Shown: positions 1-11,040, counted from the whole stretch's first letter. The stretch: DNA of 53,092 bases, filler included, from Sluysia triapertura (GCA_046118255.1; 4 parts of 4 records of this genome joined end to end with filler, not necessarily neighbours in it), one strand, 5' to 3'. Notes: generated from the sequence alone by a model not told the origin. A program made the numbers and translations.

Positions 1-89
1 AGTGTTGACGCTCGAATTAACTCGAGTGTGCTCATTTCTGCAGGTTTACCTCGCTCGAGTTAATTCGAGTGTGCGAGATAAGGGGTTAA
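1..89. mobile_element. piggyBac-type (TTAA) non-autonomous element terminus with subterminal inverted repeat
   Basis: Perfect 16-bp inverted repeat CTCGAATTAACTCGAG (11-26) / CTCGAGTTAATTCGAG (54-69), followed by AAGGGG|TTAA (TTAA at 86-89), the CCC/GGG+TTAA end typical of piggyBac elements. The other end lies outside the window. Confidence 0.5.
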
Positions 90-481
90 TAGTTTAAAAT
101 GAATTTTACTTTAAAACTTCCCCTCATTAGATCTGGGTAATAAAAGAAATTTGTGTTAATTTTAATATTGCAATCGCGAAGATTCGACATTGGCCTTATT
201 TGCCTTGATAGCCAGTATTTTACATTGTCTTTGGTGTCTTTGTATATTTTGATATAATTTAGTGATATCGTAAAAAAGTAGATTGTGTTGGATAGTACTT
301 AAGGCAAAGTTTAAGCTTTTTTTTAATTTAAATTTGCATGATCTTTCTCTCTTGGTGCATTGTGAAATAATTTTTATATCGTTGAAGTTTATGGTGTCTA
401 ATAGTACTTAAGGTAAAATTTAAAATTTTTGTTGTAAATTGATATTTACAGTGATTCATGTATCAATTCAATTAAATTATT

Positions 482-1745
482 CTCCGAAGCACAAAAGAAA
501 GTGGCACACGCGCTGCAGAAACCGATGATCAACGAGAAGCAAGACTTGAAGTCGATTGGGTACGTACTTCTGAAGCCAACGAATACTGGACGCTGATTTA
601 AATCTTGCTGTATTCAATTACGATCCAAATTATGAACATAGTAATCATCCCATTGTGTGTATTGCAAAATCCTCTAACTTAAGAATTAAACATCTGGAAT
701 GTGTTATGCAAGAGGAAAATCTCAACCTCGATGCAAACATACAGTAGTTCGAAGCAACAAATATTGTGCGCGAAAATTACATGTCCACATTCAAAGTTCA
801 AGAGAAAATTTATCATCGTGCTACTTCTACCAGATGGAGATAAAAAAATTTCTTCAACTTTGATAGGAAACATTGACTAACAAATCGACCAACGTTGTCA
901 ATTTAATGCTGGCACTAAATTTATTTGATCAAAACAATGAATTAATTCGATTGTTCAGATGTGACCTTGAACAAATTCAAGCTCATGACTACAAAATTGT
1001 CAATAGATCAGAAAAAACACCCATCGGGCAACACACTAACAATTAATAACATAATTCTTTATCTCAGAAATGGTGATGTTCAGCGAGTTTCAGAAACTCA
1101 TCGCTCATGCGACGCACTACGATATCATCTCAACTTAAAATTAAGAAATCCTCAAACCAATGAGGAAACGAATAAGAAAGTGACCTCCTATTCATATCGA
1201 GTGATGATTCGTGAAAACGCTGAATCAAACAAAGTTGCGTTCCGAATACATTCATTTACATGATGCAATTGTTAATGACGGAATTGTGAATCCCAATGAA
1301 TTAGGTAAAATGGTAAGTCCACAGAACATGCATAAGTACATTCAAGATACAATGACGTACGTTCATACTTAAGGTCGCTTGGATTTATTTTTTCATTTAA
1401 ATGTAATCCTGTTTGGGATCTTCATGACATTGCCGTGTGTGTTTTCAAAACAAAAATTGAAAGCTTTGATAGATTTTATTGTCAAGCATCATGTTTTTGG
1501 GGAAACACGCTGTTGAATGTATTACCTCGAATGGCAAAAACAAGCATTTTGATTTGGTTAATAGAAAAGTCACACACCAAATCAAATTCATTATCAGTTC
1601 AGTAGAAATATCAAAAAATACCGACGTTGATTCAGAATTATTTCAAATCGTCATCAAAAACGTTACTCATGGTCCGTTTGACTTAACAATAATTCACCGT
1701 TCCTGTTTGATTGGAAGTGTACAAAACAATATCCAAGTGACGAGA
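482..1745 (+). mobile_element. Helitron Rep (RepHel N-terminal half) pseudogene, frameshifted and internally deleted
   Basis: Manual translation across frames gives Helitron motifs in order: RAAETDDQREARLE; NLAVFNYDPNYEHSNHPIVCI; FKVQEKIYHRA; YIHLHDAIVNDG...ELGKMV..SPQNMHKYIQDTMTYVHT*GRLDLF..FKCNP; KLKALIDFIVKHHVFGETRC*MYYLEWQK (the following GLPHAH HUH motif is deleted); IISSVEI...DSELFQIVIKNVTHGP...KCTKQYP. Confidence 0.9.
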
Positions 1746-2042
1746 GAAATTTCATCTGCTTTTTCCGACATAATTTGTTTGACTATATTTTTGAATTTTT
1801 CCATGATTTAAACAATTCAATTATTTTCTATATCCATCTTTTTTAATTATATTTATTGATTACATTTTTTATTTTTTTTTTATTTTTTATTTCTGACATT
1901 AATTATATTTTTAATTACATTTTATTTCGACTTTATTTTTTTCCTATTTCGTATAATATTTTTAATACTCCTAATATTTCAATTTAGTCTCCCGTTAACC
2001 CTATTAAATATGAATTTTGTCTAGATAAATTATTAAACTTTA

Positions 2043-2192
2043 GTAGCTAACATGAATTATCAAAGAGGTTACTGTTCCTGTATCCCTCAATCCTGATAAT
2101 ATTATTCCATTTACTTGTATATCTAGCATGGGTATTCTTGTACTATTGTAATTGTTATTTGCGCATATTATATTTCTTGGAGATTGATATAA
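2043..2192 (-). pseudogene. Retropepsin-like aspartic protease fragment (N-terminal half), in frame with the envelope tail upstream
   Basis: Reads LYQSPRNIICANNNYNSTRIPMLDIQVNGIILSGLRDTGTVTSLIIHVSY*. Catalytic DTG at 2084-2076, same frame as ORF 2193..2432 and separated from it only by TAA at 2195-2193. Confidence 0.65.
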
Positions 2193-2880
2193 TTATTGAT
2201 TTTCCTCAGTTATTTTTTCAATATTACTTAAATTTGAATTAACTTGGTCAATATTAATTGTTTGTAATGCTATTTCTTCTGCTTGTTTTCTTTCTTTCTT
2301 TAAAGCATTTAATAGAGAATGAGCATGATGATGTAATAGAAATTTAGCCAAAAATGGGAAACATCCAATTATTAGTTTCCATGTAAATCCTGATATCTTG
2401 TACATGCCTATTACAGAAAATACTTGAGGCATTATGAGAGCAATGGCATTGATTATATATATCCTGAAAATGCGTGTCCTAATACTAAAAATTTCGCCAT
2501 ATTTGTTTTAATGTATTATATGCTGCCTTTTTAAAATGGTCTGGCCATTAAAGTAATTCAAAATTTACTTTGCCATCTTTCTTAACAATAGCTTTATCGA
2601 CTATATCTGAGCACTTTTGATCTCTTAATAGGAAATAAATTCTTGATATAGGGATATGTTTTGTAGCTGAAAATTTTAATTTTGTTTTTAATTCAGTTAA
2701 ACCTATGGTTTCTGGAGTTTTGACTTGGCTACGGCGTGGTAGAGATATCCATAAATTATCATCGATTTTATATACAGAAATTATAATTATTGGCATAATT
2801 TGTTGGCATAATTATTCTTGTGACTGGCTCAAAATAGGTTTGTTGATTTCTATCAGTAACTGATAATTCATATAGCAGCA
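2193..2880 (-). pseudogene. C-terminal part of chuvirus-G / herpes gB-like (class III) envelope glycoprotein of a retroelement, decayed
   Basis: Motifs in order: CCY.ELSVTDRNQQTYFEPVTRII (cf. CYxELPV...FxxPxTRI); SVYKIDDNLWISLPRRSQVKTPETIG...IPISRIYF (cf. YxxxxxW...GIY); membrane-proximal IWR.FLVLGHAFSG; IINAIALIMPQVFSVIGMYKISGFTWKLIIGCFPFLAKFLL (cf. YGWSxxLL..). Several stops and frameshifts. Confidence 0.7.
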
Positions 2881-3540
2881 CATACATATATGTGCTTGGC
2901 TTTCGTTATTATTGACTTGTTACTAACACCATTGTTGTTCTTATTATCATTGCCATCATTATACCATTATTATATCATGTCATTAGTCATTTTTAATGTT
3001 GCCTTTCCTATCCTCATTATCACTTTTTTCTTGTTTACCACCAGCGTTTTATTCTTACCCCTAATATTTTATCACATTGCATATATCGTTTCATTTTCCT
3101 ACTATTATATTGTATTTTTATTCTATTTCTATTTATTCAAGTACTAATTGATCAACAAGCGCTATTGAATCTCATGGATAATTTCAAGCATTTCAGAATC
3201 GATTAATCGACTTACTTAGTTTTATATATCGATCATTTATGTTTACACTTATGGATTATTTTATAATCTACTATAAGCAATAAATTATTTATTATTGTTT
3301 TAATCGTTTCCATTTATTAAATAGACTTATTTAAATCTTAATACTAGTATATCTTGTATTCACATATATTATCAAGTTAATAAAAAATTTAATTATATAA
3401 TTATCAATAAATCGCATTTTATTTTCAAACATTATCTGCATGTTAAAAATAAAAGGCTTCACTTTTATATTGTAAATCAACTCGATTTGTCAACAAATAA
3501 TCATACTGAATTTACAACTAATGATATGTATAAATATGCC

Positions 3541-3844
3541 TGTTATGACGAATAATATGTTAGACCTTTGTCTAATGTGTGTGTTCCTAGAACCCTTTTT
3601 TAATTTGGGTTCTTCACACCAATTTTCGAATGGTTTCGGTTTGGGTAATGCTGTAAAACGTACAAATCAGGCTCAATGTAATAGAATTGTACATTGATGT
3701 TGATGTTTGATAGGAATGAAGTTAACCCGAAACTTCAATCTAATACATACTAAACTTGACGTTTATTTACAATATAAAATCATATTATCTTTTATGAATA
3801 GAATTAAGGTAAAACAATAATAAACGAGATTATTAATTATAACA
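3541..3844. repeat. Candidate solo LTR (~304 bp)
   Basis: Bounded by inverted TGTTAT (3541) ... ATAACA (3839-3844), with AATAAA ~25 bp before the right end. No target-site duplication or second copy seen. Confidence 0.3.
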
Positions 3845-4039
3845 CATATTTGCAGAATATGCAATATAATAATAAAATATAAATGTTATTTGAAATAAAA
3901 GACGTGTCAATGAATAATTTCACATTATTCTGTGCTTCTTAACTCTATATGGTTTTCAAGTTTATATGTCTTTAAAATTAACATTATTTTTTTTACTGGT
4001 TATAAATAATTGAATTGATGACAGTGGTCTCAAAACATC

Positions 4040-4386
4040 ATTACGAATTTCAATAAGCATACCAAGGTTTCCTTTTAAAACTATATCTTCTATTTGTAGA
4101 TAATTACAAATTAGCATGCATTCTATTAAATGTATTAATAGTAATGAGAGTATTAGAATATTAGTGTGATTTATTTGCAGACATTACTAAATAATTTTTG
4201 GAACAGCTTTTTAACATCTAAACTAGTAGCAAACAAAAATAGCTTAACTATTGAACGAAATAGAGGTACTTCATTTTTGCTTATATTATCAAAATAAATA
4301 TTATATTCAAGATGGTTTACGCAGCACCTCATTACTTGTATGCTTACATTACCAATGTGAATATTGCACTTAACCATGTTAATCAA
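4040..4386 (-). mobile_element. Maverick/Polinton major capsid protein (double jelly-roll) internal fragment, decayed
   Basis: ORF 4171..4386 (CNIHIGNVSIQVMRCCVNH...ISKNEVPLFRSIVKLFLFATSLDVKKLFQKLFSNVCK) matches the recalled MCP pattern (I.xa.L.vrkv.v...YP..R..vk.f.i....nlF.g..P). Continues degenerately as NTFNRMHANL..RRYSFKRKPWYAY. Confidence 0.5.
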
Positions 4387-4404
4387 GTTTTTAAAATACT
4401 AAAA

Positions 4405-5290
4405 TAAACCGTAAATTTGACAGAGCAGAGGAAGATCTCTGCGATTTCCAATTTGAATATAAAAGAATAGCAGAAGCAAATGGCTGGAATGAAGCCGAAA
4501 AAATAAAACGGAATGGCTATCCAGACTTATAAGAAATAAGCAATAATAATAAGCAAACTTGGAATGAATTTGTTAATGAATTTACAGAAGAAATAGCTCT
4601 TGATGACCTGGGTAAATATTATACTAAAATGTTAAATACTAGAATACAAAAACCAAATGAATCTGTATAGGAATATGCTTGTGCTCTTAAAAGCCTTGTT
4701 GCTAGAGCTAAAATCCCTGAAAACAAAAAAGAAATAACATTAATAGATAAACTAAAAACTGGATTGCGACCAGAATTAATAACATATGTTACCTTAATAG
4801 AATGAAAACCCTTTAAAGAAGTAATGAAGAAACTAAGAAGTATAGAACGCTCAATTAAGAAGAATAAGAATGATATTGATTATATAAGTGATAATGAAGA
4901 AAAAGGAGATAACTGCCCAAAATTAACAAGAAATACGAATAATTATGATAATAATAAATTTAATTATGAAGAATATAATGACAGTAATTACAATTACGAA
5001 GGATATAATAGCCCACGTAGAGGCAATGATAATTCGAATAATTTCAGACATAATTTTAGAGGAAATTCAAATAATTATAGAAGTAACTCAAATAATTATA
5101 GAAGCAGTTCAAGCAATTGCAGGTGTAATTCAAATAAGTATTATAGAGGAAATAATAATAGAGTAATAATAATAGAAATAATAGAACAAGTTACTATGAT
5201 GCTTCTAATTATGAACAAAGACTAGCACCGAGATGGCCACCAAGTTCCAACTTTAATAGGAATAGAAGTAAAAGTCCAAATAAAAATTCG
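4405..5290 (+). mobile_element. gag: Ty3/Gypsy gag remnant (capsid plus N/R/S-rich C-terminal region)
   Basis: KFDRAEEDLCDFQFEYKRIAEANGWNEAEKIKR; YRIQKPNESV*EYACALKSLVARA (major-homology-like QxxxEsVxxY); KLKTGLRPEL; then ORF 4824..5225 with NNYRGN-type repeats. Paralogous to the gag at 11041-11990. Confidence 0.8.
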
Positions 5291-5394
5291 AAATTCAATA
5301 ATTAATCCAATAAAATAAAAATTATGTTTCAACAAAATATATAAAATCAATAAATGTTTTATATGAGTTATATGAACAAATAAACAGTGTTGTT

Positions 5395-5645
5395 GTCAGT
5401 GTAATTGTGTTTACAAAATTAATCTTAACTGGAGGTATGAATTAGTATACTCGTCCTCGCTGTTCAGGATAAAGTGCTTAATAATTTGTTAATGAGAGTT
5501 ATACGGTTATGCTTTAATCAACATTCAACTGTAATTGAATTTTATTCGTGTCAATTTAATCACTTAGATAAATTATTATTAATTCGATTATAATTATTTA
5601 GTTCAGAATTTACTACTGCAACTTATTACTCTATCTTCAATTTGG
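5395..5645 (-). repeat. Dispersed repeat family B copy (partial, inverted)
   Basis: Reverse complement contains GCAGTAGTAAATT...CGAATAAAATT...GGACGAGTATACTAATTCATACCTCCAG, colinear with 26800-27020. The last motif also occurs at 52552-52579. Confidence 0.65.
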
Positions 5646-6059
5646 CACTTGTATATAAATTAACTTTTAGGGCAACACTCTAAATTTGGTTAAGACAAAA
5701 ATAAAAACTAAATTATTTATTTATAAATTAACACAAATTAAATTATTACAAAATGAATGTAAGAACGTAAAATTTTATAAAATGTGCAATTTTGATTTTA
5801 ATATAAACGTTTAAAAACGAAGGACAATTAATATCACTTACTCACAATAATTTCAATGTATTTGCTTAATAACTGGAATTACTTGGCTAAATTGGCAACT
5901 TGAATCTTCTGTTATTTGTAAAATTTTTTGGTATGTAATCCCTTTATACTGAGATTTTCAATAATAATTACAAAATTATAAAATTAATTTGAATAGGTTA
6001 TTTCCAATTAATCAGTTCTATGTTCAATTTGAATACATAGTATTAGATTAAGTCAATAA

Positions 6060-6148
6060 CAATTTTAATATATAGTATTAAACCAATAAATGTACAATTT
6101 TAATATATAGTATGCAATTAAATGTGTAATTTTAATGTATAGTATTAA
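6060..6148. repeat. Minisatellite, 3 diverged copies of ~33 bp
   Basis: The core AATTTTAAT(A/G)TATAGTAT occurs three times at a 33-35 bp period. Confidence 0.6.
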
Positions 6149-6589
6149 TTTTCTATCAGTTCTAATAATTTTCCTACATAGTAGTATAGTAACAATAACA
6201 ACAACAATAATAATAATTTATAATTGATGTTATTTAAATATATTATTAAATTTCAAAATAAATTATTATAAACATTATAGAAAAACAACAAATGATAATT
6301 TAAGTTAGTGTAATATTAAATTTTACAAAACAATGTTTTAAATAATTATTAATTAGTAAAAATTAACATGAAAAAAATATTATTTTAATACAACGATATT
6401 TAAAATAAAAATTCGTCAACTTAACATAACATTATGATTACATATATTCGAAAAACCTTAATAAACAATGAATAACTTTATTTGAACTTTATCATTTACA
6501 TATTTGCTAATGTTTCGAAAATTCAACAGTGTCATTACTGAATGTGATATATCAAGTTAAATATTGTTTACCAATAAAATGGTCCTTGG

Positions 6590-6878
6590 TGTAACAATCA
6601 CTTAACAAATAATAACAATAATAATAAGAATAACAATACCAATAATAATACATTGCCTTCTACGGTTTATGAAATACTATATCAATTTTAATTTAATTTT
6701 TTATTACTTTAAAATTATTTTATTATATTAACTGTTAAATCTTATTTGAAAATGATTTGAAAAGATTTTAATAAACAAATTTATTTGAAATGGAATTTAA
6801 AATCTTTTATTAAATATTAAGTTAAATTATATATTAAATATTATGTTATTAAATATTATGATCAAATAATATGTTACA
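6590..6878 (-). repeat. Candidate 3' LTR (289 bp) preceded by polypurine tract
   Basis: Minus strand reads ...ATAGGAGGAAAC|TGTAACA at 6878. An inverted copy of the 7-bp terminus lies at 6590-6596. The right boundary is better supported than the left because there is no second LTR to compare. Confidence 0.5.
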
Positions 6879-7182
6879 GTTTCCTCCTATGGCAGGTAAG
6901 CTTTGTCCCAAAGCTAAAAGGAAATCAATGACTATTAGATGAAGGATTTGCATATCTTACAGGATGTATGGAGTATATGTTCAAGGATTTATAAAAATTC
7001 TTTAATTGTGTCGACGTTGTGACGGAGTCAGTGCAGGAGACAAATCAGGTGGGACGGTAAAGGCATACTAGAATAGTATTGAGGGAATTGGTGTGGTGTA
7101 ATGGATGGAGTAGATGTATGATGAAACTCGAAAAAATTACGGAAGTATCCTTTAAAATATGAAGTATAGCGGCGTATTTCGG

Positions 7183-7323
7183 TCAGGCGAAAGCACATGT
7201 TGGAAACTTTGTGGTATTGGCACTAAATAGGCTTATGGCGCATTTATAATCGTATTTATGATTGCATGGAGTACTTTCAACATAATATTCATTTAAGGTA
7301 TTTTTACAAATTGGACAGGTCAT
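7183..7323 (-). CDS. Small RING-finger ORF (46 aa, partly degenerate) inside the Gypsy element; below the ORF-track cutoff
   Basis: MTCPICKNTLNEYYVESTPCNHKYDYKCAISLFSANTTKFPTCAFA*: C-x2-C-x13-C-x-H-x2-D-x2-C-x11-F-P-x-C, with ligands 5 and 7 substituted (each one base from H and C). A polypyrimidine tract plus AG (7350-7349) lies 25 nt upstream of the ATG. Confidence 0.7.
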   Translation of the reverse strand: MTCPICKNTLNEYYVESTPCNHKYDYKCAISLFSANTTKFPTCAFA

Positions 7324-7497
7324 TTATTACATATTGAGAGTGGAACCACTAAAAAAGAAAAGAAAATACTTTTTATTAACCTATGTACGAATCCTACTTA
7401 TTCGGCAATCGTCGATCATGTGCCAACTACCCAGCAAGGCTGAGATCAGTGGACTCCATATATCGAGATTGAAACCTATAAAAGCTACAATAAAATA

Positions 7498-7887
7498 TCA
7501 TACAGACAAAATAAAAATAAAAATGCGTGCATACAGATGCTTTGTTAATTTATCCTTATATCTCCGCAGCAACCGCTCACTTACTATATGAGTGCTAAAC
7601 CCGTAAACGGATGTACAACTACGTATGGTATCTAATCCGATAATACATGATGTAGGACAATTACTGCTTACTCTAAAGGTGACTAACATTCTTCGGTTTA
7701 AAATATCGACTTCATTTGTAATTAATCCAACTACAGGTACGTCACGATCCATGCAATCAACTAACTGACCAGCAGTTGGTTGAATAAATGGTAATTCACA
7801 TATCTGTAAAGATGCAAAATGACGTATTGTATATGGAGCAACGGTATCGAGAAGTGCACGTACCAGTATTCCATTAATTTTTATATT
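7498..7887 (-). pseudogene. Retropepsin-like aspartic protease located downstream of integrase
   Basis: Frame open 7887-7498: NIKINGILVRALLDTVAPYT...GQLVDCMDRDVPVVGLI...VTFRVSSNCPTSCIIGLDTI. DT(G>V) at 7848-7840, flap region and C-terminal IIGxD motif present. Confidence 0.75.
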
Positions 7888-7996
7888 CTACCACACATAA
7901 AGTTTGTCGATTATAGGGTTTCCGAGTGTTAATAGTGGTATTGGATTAGATATGGTTAGATTTTTCTTTTGTCTTACAGACTTTTTTGGGTTTCGA

Positions 7997-8890
7997 TCAG
8001 CGAAAAATTGAAATAATAATAGAGATTACAGTCCAGCTGAATTCTATTATTATTGTTGCAATTAGAATTTTTATTAAGTTAGAAAGAGTATAAATTGTCT
8101 CATCCTTTAAGTAAGCCGTTGCTGAGATTGAATCCTTGTTTGTTGAATTCGATGTACGATTACAGTAGTAAAATGTTGACATATTTTTAGATTTTTGGAT
8201 TTTAGAAAAACTGAAATTATTTTCTTTGTTGTTATCTTCTAAAAGTGTTTCATTATCATCAGATGGGTCTCTTGTTATTTCGTATAAAATATCATAATCA
8301 CCTTCTTCATAGGGATGATTGAAATTTTCATAAGTTTTGTAAGTCGAAAGTCCAAATCTAAAACGACGGTGTTCCATAAAGATTGGTATCGGAACAGGTA
8401 CTTTACAGATAGTATCTGAAGATAATTGTTTGCAAATAGCCGGTTGATTTATTCGTGCTATTTTTATTCTCGAATTTGGACATTTAACAAGAACTAAAAT
8501 GGTATAATTATTAAAGATAATTTTATAGATTCCGATGTAGTTGAGATTTGTAGGTAATTTGTAATTCTTTTAACAGTTTCATCAGCTTGTGGATATTCGT
8601 TTATTTTTAAGGTAAAGATAAAGTTTTGAACAGTTAGTTGTTGTTTTTTATAAGTTGGATTTAAGTTGGTTATAGATATATTATACTTTCGATTAGGTTG
8701 TAACTGTTTAAAATTAACCAGTATTTTTGAATAAGGTATATTATTTGTTGTATACCTATAACATTCTCTTGAAATACTTATTCTTAGTGACATATTTGAT
8801 GGAAGGTCTGCATGTATTGTTATTCCATGTGTTTGTAAGGAAAATGATAAATCCGATATCCAGTGTTTGTAAATGCCACTTTCTCAAGTT
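7997..8890 (-). pseudogene. Predicted single-pass membrane glycoprotein with FN3-like segment (accessory ORF, interrupted by a stop)
   Basis: ORFs 8494..8793 and 7997..8377 plus linker. VNFKQLQPNRKYNISITNLN resembles the FN3 LxPxxxYxxxV motif. Several NxS/T sequons and a C-terminal hydrophobic helix (LIKILIATIIIEFSWTVISIIISIF) followed by basic residues. Confidence 0.45.
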
Positions 8891-9340
8891 ACCATAAGTG
8901 AGTGACTGCTTGCTTGCATATGGTGGGGGTGTCATGTTATTCATTGATTCTTCATACGGCGGTGGACTTTGTCTTTGTAAATTGTAGAATTTCCAAATCT
9001 TTCGTACGATTAACAAAAGAATTAATGTAAGTGTCATTAAAAAAAGAAATGGGATTATTAACATTAAGGTAAATAATGATTCGTGTAATGCGACTGAGGT
9101 AATGGTTGTATTTAAATCTTCATTTTGGTACTGTAATATCCATGTATGGGATTCTTACCACAGTACAATAACAAGTTCTAGCCTTATAATCTGAACATTT
9201 TATTGAAAAGTGTAACTTATTTTCATTTAAATGAATTATATTCGTAATAATTGTACAATGGTGTTAGTCGCAAGAGGGTTTGCAATAAAGTAATAAATTA
9301 GAAGTGTTATTTTTAAGATATACTGAAAGTGTATAATTAT
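8756..9340 (-). pseudogene. Small type I membrane protein with tandem PPxY motifs (accessory ORF)
   Basis: ORF 8756..9064 has a TM segment (MLIIPFLFLMTLTLILLLIV), basic stop-transfer RKIWK, then SPPPYEES and TPPPYAS. Upstream frameshifted pieces give a signal-like YILKITLLIYYFIANPLAT and a Cys-containing KCSDYKARTCYCTVV. Confidence 0.55.
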
Positions 9341-9457
9341 TTCTTTCGAATTCTACAGGAAATTCCTTATGATTTTCTCTTTTACATGTTTATTGATCCG
9401 TTTACATTAAAGTAACTTGTTTTTCTTGATTGAATTAGACAAATTTTATCTTTTGTC

Positions 9458-10669
9458 TTAAAACGAAGATTGTACAACGATTCTTTCACTGCCATTTGCG
9501 TGAACAATTTTTGTTTTCTTTGAACTTTTATTCATGACTTCTAAGTTAGTGGGAGTTACGTTAATAACTTCATATGGCCCTCTAAATGGTATGTTTAATT
9601 TGGGCGTTTGTCCTTTTGAAATTACTGAATCATAAATTAAGACTTTATCACCAACTCTAAATTTATGAGGTTTAGCCTTTTTATCATAATATTCCTTCAT
9701 ACTTTCTTGGTTGTGTTTAATATTTAAACCAGCTCTATTCCAAGCATCATATAATCTGGCTTTAACAATTGACATGTAATCTGGTGTATCCATATATTGT
9801 GATTGGGATCCTGACCAGTCCAAATCAATTGGCATATTGGTATGTCTGCCATACATTAGATAAAAAGGTGTTTCTTTTGTTGTTGTGTGAATAGTATTTC
9901 TATAAGCAAATAGATATGGTTTAATATATAAATCCCAATGTGTTTGTTTTGAATTTACGTTAGATTGCAACGTAAGATTTATTAATGTTTTATTAAATCT
10001 TTCTACTAGACCATCCGTTTGTGGATGATATGGTGAAGTATATATTCTAATAATTCCAAAGAAATTTGTAACAGCCGCTAGTGTTTCACTTACAAAATTT
10101 TTACCTCGATCGGTTAATAGTTTTTTAGGTGTTCCGTATCGATATATTATTTCTTCTATAAACAATTGCGCTACTGTTTCTGCTTTCTGATCTTGCATGG
10201 GAAAAGCTTACGGCCATCTAGATGTGACTGGTAATGGTCCATCGCTGTAATTTCCATAGGACTTGTTGGTAGTGACATTGGTTGTAATGGTGTTTTTGTT
10301 TTTGATCCTGCATTTTTTCTTGACATACATATCTGACATGTATTGTACCATTCTTTGACATCTTTACATAAAGTTTTCCAATAATATTTTTGTTGAACTC
10401 TTTTTTAATGTTTTACCAGCAGATAAATGCCCTCCTAATTGTCCATCATGGTATTGTATCATTAAAGAAACTTTTCTTGTTTCTGGTACTACGATTCGTA
10501 ATTCATCCTTAGTTACGTATTTTAATAATCTGTTTTCCAATTTCCATTTAGCAGCTAATTCGTTTGTTATTTCATTATCGATAATAAGATCGATTATAAG
10601 TTTTAATTCAGGGTCCTCTCTTTGGGCTTGTGCCATTGATTTTTCGTTTTTACTAGAATCTATCATCAT
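9458..10669 (-). mobile_element. pol: Gypsy integrase (HHCC, DDE core, GPY/F), frameshifted
   Basis: ORF 10364..10669 has YHDGQLGGHLS and is followed by YNTCQIC (~10345-10325). ORF 9458..10198 has YGTPKKLLTDRGKNF, TSPYHPQTDGLVERFNKTL, FRVGDKVLI and FRGPYEV. Confidence 0.95.
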
Positions 10670-10689
10670 TGCACATATTTCTCCTTTTC

Positions 10690-10910
10690 ATTAACGTTTT
10701 CTAATCTTGACATAAAATCTGCATTGTTATTATAAACTCATTTTCTATAAGTTATTTCGATACCATATTCGGCCAATGTTAAACTCCATCTAGCTAATCT
10801 TCCTGTTACATTTCGAATATCTCTCAAATACATTAATGGTTTATAAGCGCTGTTATTAATGTTTGAAAAGCATTTTCTTGAGTCTCTGTCCATATAAAAT
10901 TTTTTATTAG
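10690..10910 (-). mobile_element. pol: Gypsy RT connection / RNase H remnant
   Basis: FIWTETQENAFQTLITAL joined by a deletion to YKPLMYLRDIRNVTGRLARWSLTLAEYGIEITYRK*VYNNNADFMSRL. Confidence 0.9.
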
Positions 10911-11040
10911 TTTGCCTTTTTCTTTTACATCCTTACATTCCTTTTTTGTTCAAATCAAAAATCATTTCGTCTTGGTGAATTATTCGATCTTGTCCAAATT
11001 TTATAGGTGAAAATCTAGGAGATCCTCCTCTAAATCGTGT

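Noticed and set aside
2890-3147. Hydrophobic 85-aa ORF resembling a membrane protein
   Set aside because: Antisense of an A-rich low-complexity retroelement stretch; the hydrophobicity follows from T-richness.
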